Shown here: one piece after another, positions 29,129 to 39,006 of the stretch
Layout: every line of letters starts with the position of its first letter
How positions within the stretch are numbered: the first letter of the stretch is position 1
Assembly (NCBI GenBank): GCA_050250255.1
Contig: JBFWOZ010000009.1
Span: forward strand, 1 to 64,000
Length of the DNA stretch: 64,000 nucleotides
Direction: 5' to 3'
DNA from: Bdellovibrionales bacterium
Lineage (GTDB): Bacteria; Bdellovibrionota; Bdellovibrionia; Bdellovibrionales; DASUEL01
Program-made: the position numbers and the translations under genes
The notes under the pieces: model-generated
Told to the model about the DNA's origin: nothing
Seen by the model: the letters and a program-made list of their open reading frames with translations, nothing else
Databases searched by the model: none

Positions 29129-32050
29129 TTATTGAAGATCTAATTCTACGATTTTATCGTTACAAATAAAAACGGCCTGTGCGGGTGTCGTATCTGTTGC
29201 TCGTCGGAAGTTCTGCTCCTTACATCCATTTGAAACATAGATACGACTTTGCGCAGGTTTCACGAGTCCATTTTCGCCAGCCACTATAACCTCAACGGCA
29301 CCGTTGAGGTTATAGCTTGGTGCATAGGCAGCAAGTTTACCATCCACTTCGAGAGGAAAAAAGAATCCCTCATAGAGAAGTGAAGGAAGAAAACTAAAAC
29401 GGTTCGCGCTTAGCGCGTAGGTTTTTCCGGTGATTAGGTTTTTGTAAACCAGATCGTACTGTGAAAGAGCAAACACTTCTTTTTGCTGAGTTTCATACTT
29501 CGCACCAATAATTTTAAGCAAAGAATCCAACTTATTAATGGGGCTAAGCACAAAATCTTCAGATAATATGTCTGAGTTACGCGTATGAATGAAAGTGATT
29601 TTTTGCTGCCCAGGAAGAGCTGGGCCCGCAAAAGACTTTACGGATGGATTTTGAGTAAATAAATCTGGAGCCGTTAAACCTTCTAATAGACGGAACTGAC
29701 TTAGACCAATTTTGACTTCGTTTTTCTTACCTTCAATTAAATCCGTAATCTTTTGAGTGACATAATAAAAATTTTCAAAGCTACTGCCTTTTAAATACAA
29801 CACCAGATCATCAAAGGTTGTAAGCGCTAGTGTGTCCTTAGGATCTGGAATAACTCTTAATCCTTCTTCAGCAAGATAATAAATATGAAAAGTTCGTTTC
29901 TTATCAGGGTTTGGATCACGTGGCGTAGGCCTAGGCATATCTAAAGGAGGAATTTCTCCCATACCTTTAAAGAAAATACGTTCAAAACCTTTAAGAAGAA
30001 CCCATGAATATTGATCGGGGAGTGCCGTAATCTTTTGATCCAAGAGAACGTAGGATTTATCGCCAAATGCGACAAGTGGTTTTAAGAAACGATCACGGTA
30101 ATGAATTTCAGTACCGTTAAACGAATCGGTTCCACCACTACTTACAGTAAAGAAAAACACGAGATCCGCAATACCATCTCGGTTTAAATCTCTTTGCTCT
30201 ACCTTAATTAGAGTGCTTTCAAAATCACCCTCTTTAACTGATTCGCCAACGCCCAAAGTTTCTTCCGTCACGACACGGTAGACGTTCATATCTCGGCGGA
30301 GCAATCGATAAGACCATTTTCTATTTTCTAATTTCTTTACTAGAAGAAAATCTGTTGATCCGTCGATAGAACGATACTCTTCACCTTCCTGAAGCGACAC
30401 GCCTTGGATTTGGAAAACGCTGACACCTTTTTGTTCTGGCTGTAAAAGAGCCAAAGTTGGGACCATGATTTGCAATTGAAGTTTATAAGTCGAGATCACT
30501 TTCCCGTCAGATAACACGTCTAATTTTAATTGATCTTCGCCGCTTTGTGACTCATTTACTGGGTATCTGAAGAGAATTGTTTTTTGAACACCCTTTGGCC
30601 AAAGATCAATTTTCTCTGTTGAAACCTGCAGTTCCGTACCATCGCTCGTTCGTGACGCGCGGAAAGAAATATTTTTTCCGTCAAGCCATAGATTTTTTAA
30701 AAGAACCTGACCCATAACGAAAGGATTTTTACGATCCCAGAGGAGACGAATATCTTCCTGTTTCACAGGATAAATGAGAGCTTGTGGTGTTAGTTGAAAA
30801 CTTTTTTCCATGTCCAGATTACCAGACAACAGAGTTTTATTTTGCCATGTTTGGAACTGAGAAGCTCTTGGCTCACGAGCACCCAAAATAAGTCGCGCGA
30901 AGGCCTCTTGCGGCGAAATCTCTTGAGAGAGCATCATTGCGAGAGCTCCTGCTACAAACGGAGCAGCCATACTCGTACCGTTTTTATATTCATAACCGTA
31001 GCGGATATAATATTTTTTAGGTCTAATCGTAGTAGGGTAAGTGCTTAAAATACTAAAACCTGGTGCCGCAATATCCGCGAGGCTACCAAAATTTGAAAAA
31101 TGGCTAACAGCTCCATCAGGTCCATAAGAAGCGACGCAAATCACTTGAGCGTAAGCACATGGAAGAATTGGCTGATTCGCCGAATCGTTTCCAGCTGCGG
31201 AAACAATCATCACTCCATTTTTTTGAGCATAATCAAGGATCTCACGAATTGTTTTTTGGTTAGGGTCAATAATCGCAGGCCAGCCGATAGAGATGTTAAT
31301 GACCTTTGCGCCAGATCGAATGGCGTAAACAATCCCACGAGAAATAGCTGTGACAAAACCTCTTTGCTTTGAAAGCTCCGAGTCCAATGGTAATCCATCA
31401 CTCGTTTGTTCAAGAGTGCCCATGGGGCCCGTGGGAGTTTGACCCGAACCAATCACTTTTACAGGAAGAATCTTAACAAATCCCGTAGCAAGACCTTTAG
31501 TCACACCACCGGCACCAGATGCAGAAATAATCCCGGCGATGTGAGTGCCGTGACCCGCTTGATCTTGAACGTTAAAACTACCACGAGTTCCATCACCTTC
31601 TTTTGCTGTAAAATTAAATCCATTACAATCAAGAGGGTAACCATTCTTATCAGTGTCAACTACACCCGTTGTTTTTTCACATTGGATGATCTTTGGTTTA
31701 TCTAATTTTGCCTCTTTTAAACAAGCAAGATGAGCTTTTAACGCCTCACACTCAGTAGGTTTAGTGGCGATGTAAGGAGCCAATTCTGGATGATCTACTT
31801 GCACACCCGTATCGACAACAGCAACAATAATTTCCTTCTTTGGAGTGGCCGGAAGATTTCGTAAACGAAGATCTTCGCCCACCACCGCCGGGAATTCAAT
31901 GGTTTTTAAATCTTCTAAATCCACAGGTACAGAAGCACCTTGATTATTGAAGTACCACAGAGAGTCAGGTCCATTTGCATTTACGATGCTGATTCCACTT
32001 AGAATCACAATTAGGGAGGCCAGGAGAATTTTGATTTTTACATGTTTCAT
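29129..32050 (-). CDS. Secreted subtilisin-like S8 protease with long C-terminal extension
   Basis: VAVVDTG, GHGTHIAG, AAGND, GTSMAAP; signal peptide. Confidence 0.92.
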   Translation of the reverse strand: MKHVKIKILLASLIVILSGISIVNANGPDSLWYFNNQGASVPVDLEDLKTIEFPAVVGEDLRLRNLPATPKKEIIVAVVDTGVQVDHPELAPYIATKPTECEALKAHLACLKEAKLDKPKIIQCEKTTGVVDTDKNGYPLDCNGFNFTAKEGDGTRGSFNVQDQAGHGTHIAGIISASGAGGVTKGLATGFVKILPVKVIGSGQTPTGPMGTLEQTSDGLPLDSELSKQRGFVTAISRGIVYAIRSGAKVINISIGWPAIIDPNQKTIREILDYAQKNGVMIVSAAGNDSANQPILPCAYAQVICVASYGPDGAVSHFSNFGSLADIAAPGFSILSTYPTTIRPKKYYIRYGYEYKNGTSMAAPFVAGALAMMLSQEISPQEAFARLILGAREPRASQFQTWQNKTLLSGNLDMEKSFQLTPQALIYPVKQEDIRLLWDRKNPFVMGQVLLKNLWLDGKNISFRASRTSDGTELQVSTEKIDLWPKGVQKTILFRYPVNESQSGEDQLKLDVLSDGKVISTYKLQLQIMVPTLALLQPEQKGVSVFQIQGVSLQEGEEYRSIDGSTDFLLVKKLENRKWSYRLLRRDMNVYRVVTEETLGVGESVKEGDFESTLIKVEQRDLNRDGIADLVFFFTVSSGGTDSFNGTEIHYRDRFLKPLVAFGDKSYVLLDQKITALPDQYSWVLLKGFERIFFKGMGEIPPLDMPRPTPRDPNPDKKRTFHIYYLAEEGLRVIPDPKDTLALTTFDDLVLYLKGSSFENFYYVTQKITDLIEGKKNEVKIGLSQFRLLEGLTAPDLFTQNPSVKSFAGPALPGQQKITFIHTRNSDILSEDFVLSPINKLDSLLKIIGAKYETQQKEVFALSQYDLVYKNLITGKTYALSANRFSFLPSLLYEGFFFPLEVDGKLAAYAPSYNLNGAVEVIVAGENGLVKPAQSRIYVSNGCKEQNFRRATDTTPAQAVFICNDKIVELDLQ

Positions 32051-32059
32051 AATTACTCC

Positions 32060-35000
32060 TTAAAATCCATCGCCTAAATAACGACCAAATAACTCGTAAG
32101 CGAGAATTTTATATTTTTTGACAAATTGTCCAAAGATCCCTTGTTCCAGTTCCGTGCTGTAGGTTCCTAAAGAATCAGAGAAGTACTCTTGTCCGCCTTC
32201 TAAATTCATGCGCTCATCATTTTTTCTAAAACCATTCACTCGAACCTGAAAGAAATAATTCTCATAACCTAAAATTTTTAGCACTTCGTAGAGTGGAAGC
32301 TGGCCTTGCAAAAGATCAACGATTTGATTTTGGATCTTAATAATATCTTTTTTCTCCACAGGAGGCGCATTCCTAAACTCAAGGAGTCTCTGCATCCAAG
32401 GGAGAAGGCAAGGGTACTGCTGTTCAGCATTGATACTCGCCAAAAAACTTCTGTAGGCTGGATTCGCTAACGTGAATACCTTTGCGTTCTTACATTGCGT
32501 TTCATAAGCATGTCGACCGCCGATTTCAATCAACCGAGACACGACTTGCGCCTCTTGTCCTCTTTGACCCGCCTTTAAAAACTCTCTGCGAATTTTTTCC
32601 AAGCCCGACGGATAAACAACTAACTGAGACTTGATTTCATAAAGCTGAAAATCCGTTACTTCGTTAAAAACTTCTTTTCTCATGAAAGGATGCCCAAGGT
32701 TGAGGCCCGATACACTTCTTTCAATAGAATCAATAATTTTATAAAAGTCTTTTTTCTTTAAGTTCCAACCGGTCCAGTAGTTTTCGCTAATGGTGACGGG
32801 GTGAAAACTTTGACCGTCTGTCACTTCCGCTTCTGTAGAAATCGTCGACCACTTGGCTTTACCTGCAACAGATGTAAGATTATTTCCACCGACTCCTCCT
32901 GGCCCAAACCCTGGGGCCGCAGCATTCACGATGTCGGAGAGAAGAGAGTAATAATTAACACCGCTTCGGCGTACTTTTCTGACAGAGAAAAGATGCGCAT
33001 CGTATTTTTCTTCTGTGACGTTTTCTTGTTCGCTTTTAGGTGCTCCATCTAAGGGACGAAATTTTAAAGAAACCGTATGTGCTTCATCGAGAGTATCTTT
33101 CTTTAAAAAGAGAAAGGAGAAACGACTCGACCTTGAAGAGTAATCGTGACCTAATCGGTAGGGAAGGTAGTTACTCTCTAAAAGTTCTGGGCTATTTCCG
33201 CGAATAAGACCTCTTAACGCTAAACCAATTTTCACATTTCGCTTGTAACCTTCAGAATCGAATTTTCCTGTTGGTTTTTCATCCCCTTCTTTAAAGTCGA
33301 TGATGTAGGCACGAGTTTTAGCCACTGCTTTTTTCGGACTGCTTGCGAAGTTTATAATATCAATCCAGAATGAAAGACCAAAATCATGGCTTACGGCACC
33401 AGAAGCAGCGTCTGTAAGATAGATGTGAAAACCGTCGGCCGTACGAGTGATATAGGTCTTTCGAAGCATAATGAGGTTTCCAGATACCCCATAACGAGCT
33501 ACAAATTCTTGTCCGAGCATGACTGGGATACCCAAAATAGCTGAGATGGGAATTGCAGCCGAGGCTCCGGCACCACCGCCGATAGAGTCAGTAACTATGA
33601 AAGTTTCTCCCACTTTCATAGCTTTCGCGAAAGCATCAAAAGACTTTTCGTATTCTTCATCTTTTAAGTCCGCTTTAATCAAATCGCCAAGCCCCAACAT
33701 AAAATTCAAAACATGAATGTCGTCGCGCGGTTCATTTTCCACCGCAGCTAAACTCGGAAGCGCTCGAACGTGAGCGAAGTCCCGCCGATAAAATACGTTC
33801 GCTGAAGCGGTAGGGAGAACATTTTCTTGAGATGTGTTTGTTAAAAAATAACCAAGAGACGCCTGGACAGCTAAAGAGTCGACGAGTTGAATCTTTGAAT
33901 CCACACCATAATAAGTTCCAGAAGAAACGGAACGACCAGCTTGGATGCTTGCACCCGCCAGCATCCCGCCCCAGGTATCTAACGGAAAACTGCCTGGAGC
34001 TTCAGGATTTTCGATGTAGCGTTGAATGAACTCTTCAATATCTTTACCCCGACCAGCCGTGATGTCTTCGATCGTTTTCGCCGGAAATTTCTTTGTAATC
34101 GCCTCGAGAACTTTTGAAAGCCCAATACCTTGAGCCTCAAGTCTCATAAATTTCGCAATTTCACCAAGACGAATAGGCGACTCTACATCACCAAAGGTAA
34201 AACGCACGCTGATTCCAGGATAAAATTCTTGGGTCGCTTTACCATTCACTACTTTACCGACGTTCACTTGTGTTTCAAATGGCATTTGCGGAAACTCTGC
34301 TCCAAGTCCTGCTAAATGAATGAGATGGTTACGTCTTGAAATAAGTTTTTCAAGAAAAAGAGCGGCAATATCTGATGGATAGGCACCAGCCGTTACGATT
34401 TCTTCAAAATCTTTGCGAGTGAGTTTTGCAATTTTTCGAGCGACCCAACGAATGTCTTGGTAATCCGTATCTGTAAATTCATTGGCGAATACCTGGTTCA
34501 TGACAAGAAGGTTATTCACGACCTTACCCATTTCCCAACCAAACATATTCACGTTTTCTGGCATATCCGCCAAAACAAAGAGAGTAATCAAAGCTCGTGT
34601 AGAGCGCTTGCTACCTACGAAACTTTTCTGCGCAACGCCCCAATGAAATTGCGGAACGGTGAGATCAGCAGGCTCCAAGATGACATCTTGCAAAGTAACT
34701 TCTGAGTTTTCAGTATTTTTGCGATCGGTCTCAGGAATCCAGCGTAGACCGTCACTGAGTGTATCTGCAGAAAGTTTGTTAATGAACCGTTGGCGACATT
34801 CTTCTTTCGTTGTGCCACAGAAATTCTTTTCTAATTTTACCTTAAGAAGCGGGTAGTGTTTAATTGCGCTTGTGTTGTAGCCCACTTTTCTCATGAGAGC
34901 ACTGCGCACTAAAGCGCCATGTCCCTGAGGGCTTACCCAAAGGATGAAGTTTCGTCCCTGACTATCGATGACCGTCATGCGCGAAACGCTCAGAAGGTCT

Positions 35001-35323
35001 CCGACCTTCACCGCACCTAAACTAGAATCGTACTCGACCTCAGATTTTTCTGGAAAAGATATTGCGACACGCTTAGGGTCTGTTGGCCAAAGGTTGTTAG
35101 GCTCAGGATCGAGTTGGCTAAGATCTACTTTGTTTTTTAAAAGTTCTGCTGCTTGATCTGAATCAATCGTTTTTCCTTGGTACTGAAGATCATTAGCGGG
35201 GCGCTTTGCGCGGTTGACGGGGATTGCGACCGAAGCAGCAAACACCCAATTTGGCAACGCAAGGATTAAAAACACTCCTGCAAGAAAACGAGTCAAAAAT
35301 TTATTCGTCGAATTCTTCGCCAT
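32060..35323 (-). CDS. Large secreted protein, catalytically degenerate paralogue of the 1..3786 kinase-fold protein
   Basis: Signal peptide; DLSQLDP..LW, DIRWVAR..YP..LISRRNHL and MKVGETFI..IGGGAG blocks match the 1..3786 ORF. Confidence 0.8.
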   Translation of the reverse strand: MAKNSTNKFLTRFLAGVFLILALPNWVFAASVAIPVNRAKRPANDLQYQGKTIDSDQAAELLKNKVDLSQLDPEPNNLWPTDPKRVAISFPEKSEVEYDSSLGAVKVGDLLSVSRMTVIDSQGRNFILWVSPQGHGALVRSALMRKVGYNTSAIKHYPLLKVKLEKNFCGTTKEECRQRFINKLSADTLSDGLRWIPETDRKNTENSEVTLQDVILEPADLTVPQFHWGVAQKSFVGSKRSTRALITLFVLADMPENVNMFGWEMGKVVNNLLVMNQVFANEFTDTDYQDIRWVARKIAKLTRKDFEEIVTAGAYPSDIAALFLEKLISRRNHLIHLAGLGAEFPQMPFETQVNVGKVVNGKATQEFYPGISVRFTFGDVESPIRLGEIAKFMRLEAQGIGLSKVLEAITKKFPAKTIEDITAGRGKDIEEFIQRYIENPEAPGSFPLDTWGGMLAGASIQAGRSVSSGTYYGVDSKIQLVDSLAVQASLGYFLTNTSQENVLPTASANVFYRRDFAHVRALPSLAAVENEPRDDIHVLNFMLGLGDLIKADLKDEEYEKSFDAFAKAMKVGETFIVTDSIGGGAGASAAIPISAILGIPVMLGQEFVARYGVSGNLIMLRKTYITRTADGFHIYLTDAASGAVSHDFGLSFWIDIINFASSPKKAVAKTRAYIIDFKEGDEKPTGKFDSEGYKRNVKIGLALRGLIRGNSPELLESNYLPYRLGHDYSSRSSRFSFLFLKKDTLDEAHTVSLKFRPLDGAPKSEQENVTEEKYDAHLFSVRKVRRSGVNYYSLLSDIVNAAAPGFGPGGVGGNNLTSVAGKAKWSTISTEAEVTDGQSFHPVTISENYWTGWNLKKKDFYKIIDSIERSVSGLNLGHPFMRKEVFNEVTDFQLYEIKSQLVVYPSGLEKIRREFLKAGQRGQEAQVVSRLIEIGGRHAYETQCKNAKVFTLANPAYRSFLASINAEQQYPCLLPWMQRLLEFRNAPPVEKKDIIKIQNQIVDLLQGQLPLYEVLKILGYENYFFQVRVNGFRKNDERMNLEGGQEYFSDSLGTYSTELEQGIFGQFVKKYKILAYELFGRYLGDGF

Positions 35324-35452
35324 TCAAACTCCATCGAAAAAGTCTCAATTAAAGGGGGAACATACCATACACTGTAAAAGGGGAGCGAGGTACGATCTGG
35401 TGATTGTATTTTCGATCTGTCGAGGGAGTAGACAAAATTTGAGGCACGTCTG

Positions 35453-35484
35453 AAAAAAAGAAAAGGCCTCTAGAAGAGACCTTT
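35453..35484 (-). terminator. Rho-independent terminator after lipoprotein A
   Basis: Minus strand aaaggtctc-ttcta-gaggccttt followed by a U tract. Confidence 0.75.
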
Positions 35485-35510
35485 CAAAAGTGTTTAATAT
35501 TTAAACAATA

Positions 35511-36530
35511 TTAGTTCATAAGGCTGCCGTAAAAGAAGCCGAGAACTTCTCTCATTGTCTCTGGACTTGTTCTCCAGTTTTGAGCAGCTTCACCAACAAG
35601 GGAATCCATCTCCTTCAAAGCAAGCTCCGTCTTTCCATCACGAGCCATGAGGGCTACGTCTTCAATACGACCGAGCTCAATTCCATAAACACGCTTAGAA
35701 AAAGCAGCCATGTCAGCATGCGTACGAGCGCGCTTAGAACCGATCTCTGACCAATCAACGAGTGAAGCAGCAGCTTGTTCGCTGACATCTGCATCTAAAG
35801 AGAACTTTGCCTGAAGAACTTCAGAGATACCCTTTACTTGATCGGCACGTTGTTCAGCAATTGTGCCCATGACATCTTGACCTTGTTGTCCACCCGTAGC
35901 GCGAGCAAGGTTTAGTGCTGTTCCATTATAACCATATTCAACGCCAGAAGGGCTACGCATGAACATATCATTAAGCGTATTTACATTTCCTGGCTGCGTT
36001 GTTCTCCATCCGAAATTCCACCCACCTAATTGATTCTCGTAAAACGTTTTTGAAAGATGCCAATCTCTAACATTAATTTCTCGTCCATCTGGCGTTTTCA
36101 CATAATGTTCGTAATTCGTAAATGTTTCGATGTATTCATGAACACGTTCCACAAAACCACCCTCACAAACGCTTTGCACAACTCTCGCGCAAGGATCCCA
36201 TTCATTTTGGATCTCAGTCTTTAATCTTGTGTCCTGAAAGGTTTTAAAACTAAAAGAAAAACCATTTAATTTAGAATAATGAGGATCTGTTTGAAGGTTG
36301 ATTTTAGAACCGTCGTATTTAAAGTTACAACCCGGTCGAGGTTCACCCTCGCTACAGATCTGCGCCATAGAGTTAAACCAAGCATTTTTATTCACATCGG
36401 GATTGTTACGAAGCACATCAAATGGATCTACTTTTGGAGCTGAACCGCCACCGCTGCCTCCTCCTCCGTTACAAGCTGACATTATTAATGCCAAGACGAA
36501 AACTAAAGTGCAATTAAAAACAAACTTCAT
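35511..36530 (-). CDS. Tandem variable lipoprotein, copy A
   Basis: Lipobox MSAC, poly-Gly tether, CSEGEPRPGC, invariant C-terminal block. Confidence 0.9.
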   Translation of the reverse strand: MKFVFNCTLVFVLALIMSACNGGGGSGGGSAPKVDPFDVLRNNPDVNKNAWFNSMAQICSEGEPRPGCNFKYDGSKINLQTDPHYSKLNGFSFSFKTFQDTRLKTEIQNEWDPCARVVQSVCEGGFVERVHEYIETFTNYEHYVKTPDGREINVRDWHLSKTFYENQLGGWNFGWRTTQPGNVNTLNDMFMRSPSGVEYGYNGTALNLARATGGQQGQDVMGTIAEQRADQVKGISEVLQAKFSLDADVSEQAAASLVDWSEIGSKRARTHADMAAFSKRVYGIELGRIEDVALMARDGKTELALKEMDSLVGEAAQNWRTSPETMREVLGFFYGSLMN

Positions 36531-36559
36531 TTATTACCCCCTAAAACAAGGTCTATGAG

Positions 36560-36576
36560 TTGCCCTACCTATGCCA
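36560..36576 (-). promoter_or_regulatory. Putative sigma54 (-24/-12) promoter of copy A
   Basis: TGGCATAGGTAGGGCAA, GG-N10-GC spacing. Confidence 0.55.
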
Positions 36577-36679
36577 CTGGATACTACTTAATGAGAAGGA
36601 AAATCGTCGGTCCACCGTACGGTTCTGTGTACAGGTGACGTACACATCTGCGCGAACAAAGCTAAGAAAGAGTAAAGGT

Positions 36680-36708
36680 TGATCACAAGCAATATACGCT
36701 TGTGATCA
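36680..36708. promoter_or_regulatory. 11-7-11 palindrome (candidate operator/UAS, or terminator of copy B)
   Basis: tgatcacaagc-aatatac-gcttgtgatca; same geometry as 47469-47497. Confidence 0.55.
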
Positions 36709-36735
36709 GAAGATTTTGCAATGCTAAATAATTTT

Positions 36736-37689
36736 TTATTGGGCCAGATTGCCGTAGAAGTAGTTTAGAACTTCTCTCATGGTCTCAGGACTTGTTCTCC
36801 AGTTTTGAGCAGCCTCACCAACAAGGGAGTCCATTTCTTTTAAAGCAAGTTCTGTTTTTCCGTCACGAGCAAGAAGAGCCACATCTTCTATGCGACCGAG
36901 CTCAATTCCATAAACACGCTTAGAAAAAGCAGCCATGTCGGCGTGCGTACGGGCGCGCTTAGAACCAATTTCAGACCAATCCACTAAAGAAGCGGCCGCT
37001 TGTTCACTGACATCTGCATCTAAAGAAAACTTCGCTTGAAGGACTTCAGAGATGCCTTTCACTTGATCGGCACGAACCTCAGCAATTGTACCCATGACGT
37101 CTTGACCTTGCTGACCACCGGCTGTGCGAGCTGCATTGATCGCAACACCGTCATAACCGTACTTCATACCAGATGGGCTTGTGATAGTTACATCACTCAC
37201 ATCAAAATGTACGCCGGTTGTTCTCCCAGCAAAAATCCAGCCGCCCAACTCTTTAGCGAAGTTTTGTTGTTGGTATCGAGTCCAATCTGCCATTGTATAA
37301 CGACCACCGCCAGGAATATGAACGAAGTAACGATAGTTTGTATAGGTTTCGCTGGTGTCTGTACAGTAACCATCGAAATCACAGCTTTCATTCCAACGTG
37401 TGGCTGTGTAAGGTTCGCGTTCAATTAAAAATCCACCATTGAGCCGGTCAATGAAAGGGTCTTCGCCTTTTGTAACCTTTGAACCATCATATTTAAAATT
37501 ACAACCTGGACGAGGTTCACCTTCGCTACAGATTTGTGCCATGGAGTTATACCAAGCATTTTTATTTACATCGGGACTATTACGGATCGTCGAAAAATAG
37601 TCTGGCGTTGAGCCTCCGCCACCACCATTACAAGCGGTCATTGCAAAAGCTGTTGCCGTCATTAAACTTATTCTTAGAAGTGTTTTCAT
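36736..37689 (-). CDS. Tandem variable lipoprotein, copy B
   Basis: Lipobox MTAC, GAGG RBS, same architecture as copy A. Confidence 0.9.
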   Translation of the reverse strand: MKTLLRISLMTATAFAMTACNGGGGGSTPDYFSTIRNSPDVNKNAWYNSMAQICSEGEPRPGCNFKYDGSKVTKGEDPFIDRLNGGFLIEREPYTATRWNESCDFDGYCTDTSETYTNYRYFVHIPGGGRYTMADWTRYQQQNFAKELGGWIFAGRTTGVHFDVSDVTITSPSGMKYGYDGVAINAARTAGGQQGQDVMGTIAEVRADQVKGISEVLQAKFSLDADVSEQAAASLVDWSEIGSKRARTHADMAAFSKRVYGIELGRIEDVALLARDGKTELALKEMDSLVGEAAQNWRTSPETMREVLNYFYGNLAQ

Positions 37690-37709
37690 ATTTCCTCTTT
37701 GTTTTAGGC

Positions 37710-37737
37710 AAAAAAAGAGCCTCTAAAAGAGGCTCTT
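37710..37737 (-). terminator. Rho-independent terminator between copies C and B
   Basis: aagagcctc-tttta-gaggctctt followed by a U tract on the minus strand. Confidence 0.8.
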
Positions 37738-37746
37738 GGTGTTTCG

Positions 37747-38763
37747 TTATTGCATTACGTTTCCATAAAAGAAGTTTAAAACTTCTCTCATCGTCTCTGG
37801 ACTTGTTCTCCAGTTTTGAGCGGCTTCACCAACGAGGGAATCCATCTCTTTAAGAGCGAGTTCCATCTTTCCATCACGAGCCATGAGAGCTACGTCTTCA
37901 ATACGTCCTAATTCAATTCCATAAACACGCTTAGAAAACGCGGCCATATCGGCGTGCGTACGAGCGCGCTTAGAACCAATCTCTGACCAATCAACGAGTG
38001 AAGCAGCCGCTTGTTCGCTCACATCTGCATCTAAAGAGAACTTCGCTTGCAGAACTTCAGAGATACCTTTTACTTGGTCTGCACGCTGTTCAGCGATAGA
38101 ACCCATGACGTCTTTACCTGTTGTTCCACCTGCTACTTGAGCGGCGTTTAAAGCATTTCCTGCGTAAGAGTACTTCACGCCAGTAGGGCTGAGGATTGCG
38201 ATATCATTGATATCTCCACTTGAACGATGTTCGAACGACCATCCATTCAATTTATCAGCATAAAAGCGAGAGTTAAGACCCCAATCTTTTACATTATAAA
38301 TACGATTGTCAGGAGTGTTCACATAAACCATGTAGTTTGTGAAAGTTTCTACATCTGTGTAATACTCTGTATCGTAGCCACCTACACAGTAACCATCCCA
38401 ATCAACATAATCACAGGAATCCCAAACTTGTCGAGAACGTTGAACCGTTTTTGAATCTGTATAAGCAACACGCGAGAATGTGAAACCATCTAACTTAGAA
38501 TAGTGTGGATCTGCCTGTAGAGTGATTCTTGAACCATCATAACGGAAGTTACAACCTGGACGAGGTTCACCTTCGCTACAGATTTGCGCCATAGAGTTAA
38601 ACCATGCGTTTTTATTCACATCTGGATTGTTACGAAGTGCATCGAATGGATCCACTTTTGGAGGTGTACTTCCTCCGCCACCGCCGCCTTCACAAGCGAC
38701 TGCGAGCATTGCTAGAGCAACGAACGAACTGACTCTTAAAACTTTTGAAAAACCGGACTTCAT
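37747..38763 (-). CDS. Tandem variable lipoprotein, copy C
   Basis: Lipobox AVAC, same architecture as copy A. Confidence 0.9.
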   Translation of the reverse strand: MKSGFSKVLRVSSFVALAMLAVACEGGGGGGSTPPKVDPFDALRNNPDVNKNAWFNSMAQICSEGEPRPGCNFRYDGSRITLQADPHYSKLDGFTFSRVAYTDSKTVQRSRQVWDSCDYVDWDGYCVGGYDTEYYTDVETFTNYMVYVNTPDNRIYNVKDWGLNSRFYADKLNGWSFEHRSSGDINDIAILSPTGVKYSYAGNALNAAQVAGGTTGKDVMGSIAEQRADQVKGISEVLQAKFSLDADVSEQAAASLVDWSEIGSKRARTHADMAAFSKRVYGIELGRIEDVALMARDGKMELALKEMDSLVGEAAQNWRTSPETMREVLNFFYGNVMQ

Positions 38764-38809
38764 TTCATTCCCCCTTATAGGATTTATTTTTAGTTCCGTA
38801 GGCCCCTAG

Positions 38810-38825
38810 AGCAACCTACGTGCCA
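38810..38825 (-). promoter_or_regulatory. Sigma54 (-24/-12) promoter of copy C
   Basis: TGGCACGTAGGTTGCT matches the consensus TGGCACG-N4-TTGCW. Confidence 0.8.
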
Positions 38826-38951
38826 TATCACTTTTTTTGTTTACTTGTTTAATGTGAGTTAAAGCTTTCTTTTCGGTGACAATTAGATACCAGAGCTCTA
38901 ACGCATCGCTCTATGTCACCAGTTACAAAAGCTTGATCAGACTCACTAGCT

Positions 38952-38986
38952 AAAAAAAAAGCCTGAGAATTTCTCAGGCTTTTTTT
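38952..38986. terminator. Bidirectional intrinsic terminator after copy D
   Basis: A9-gcctgagaa-t-ttctcaggc-T7. Confidence 0.85.
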
Positions 38987-39006
38987 GTAAGTTGTGTTTA
39001 CTATTT

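Noticed and set aside
36614..36646. Short palindromes accgtacggt and tgtgtac-N7-gtacaca upstream of copy A
   Set aside because: Too short and not repeated at the other promoters; could be chance.
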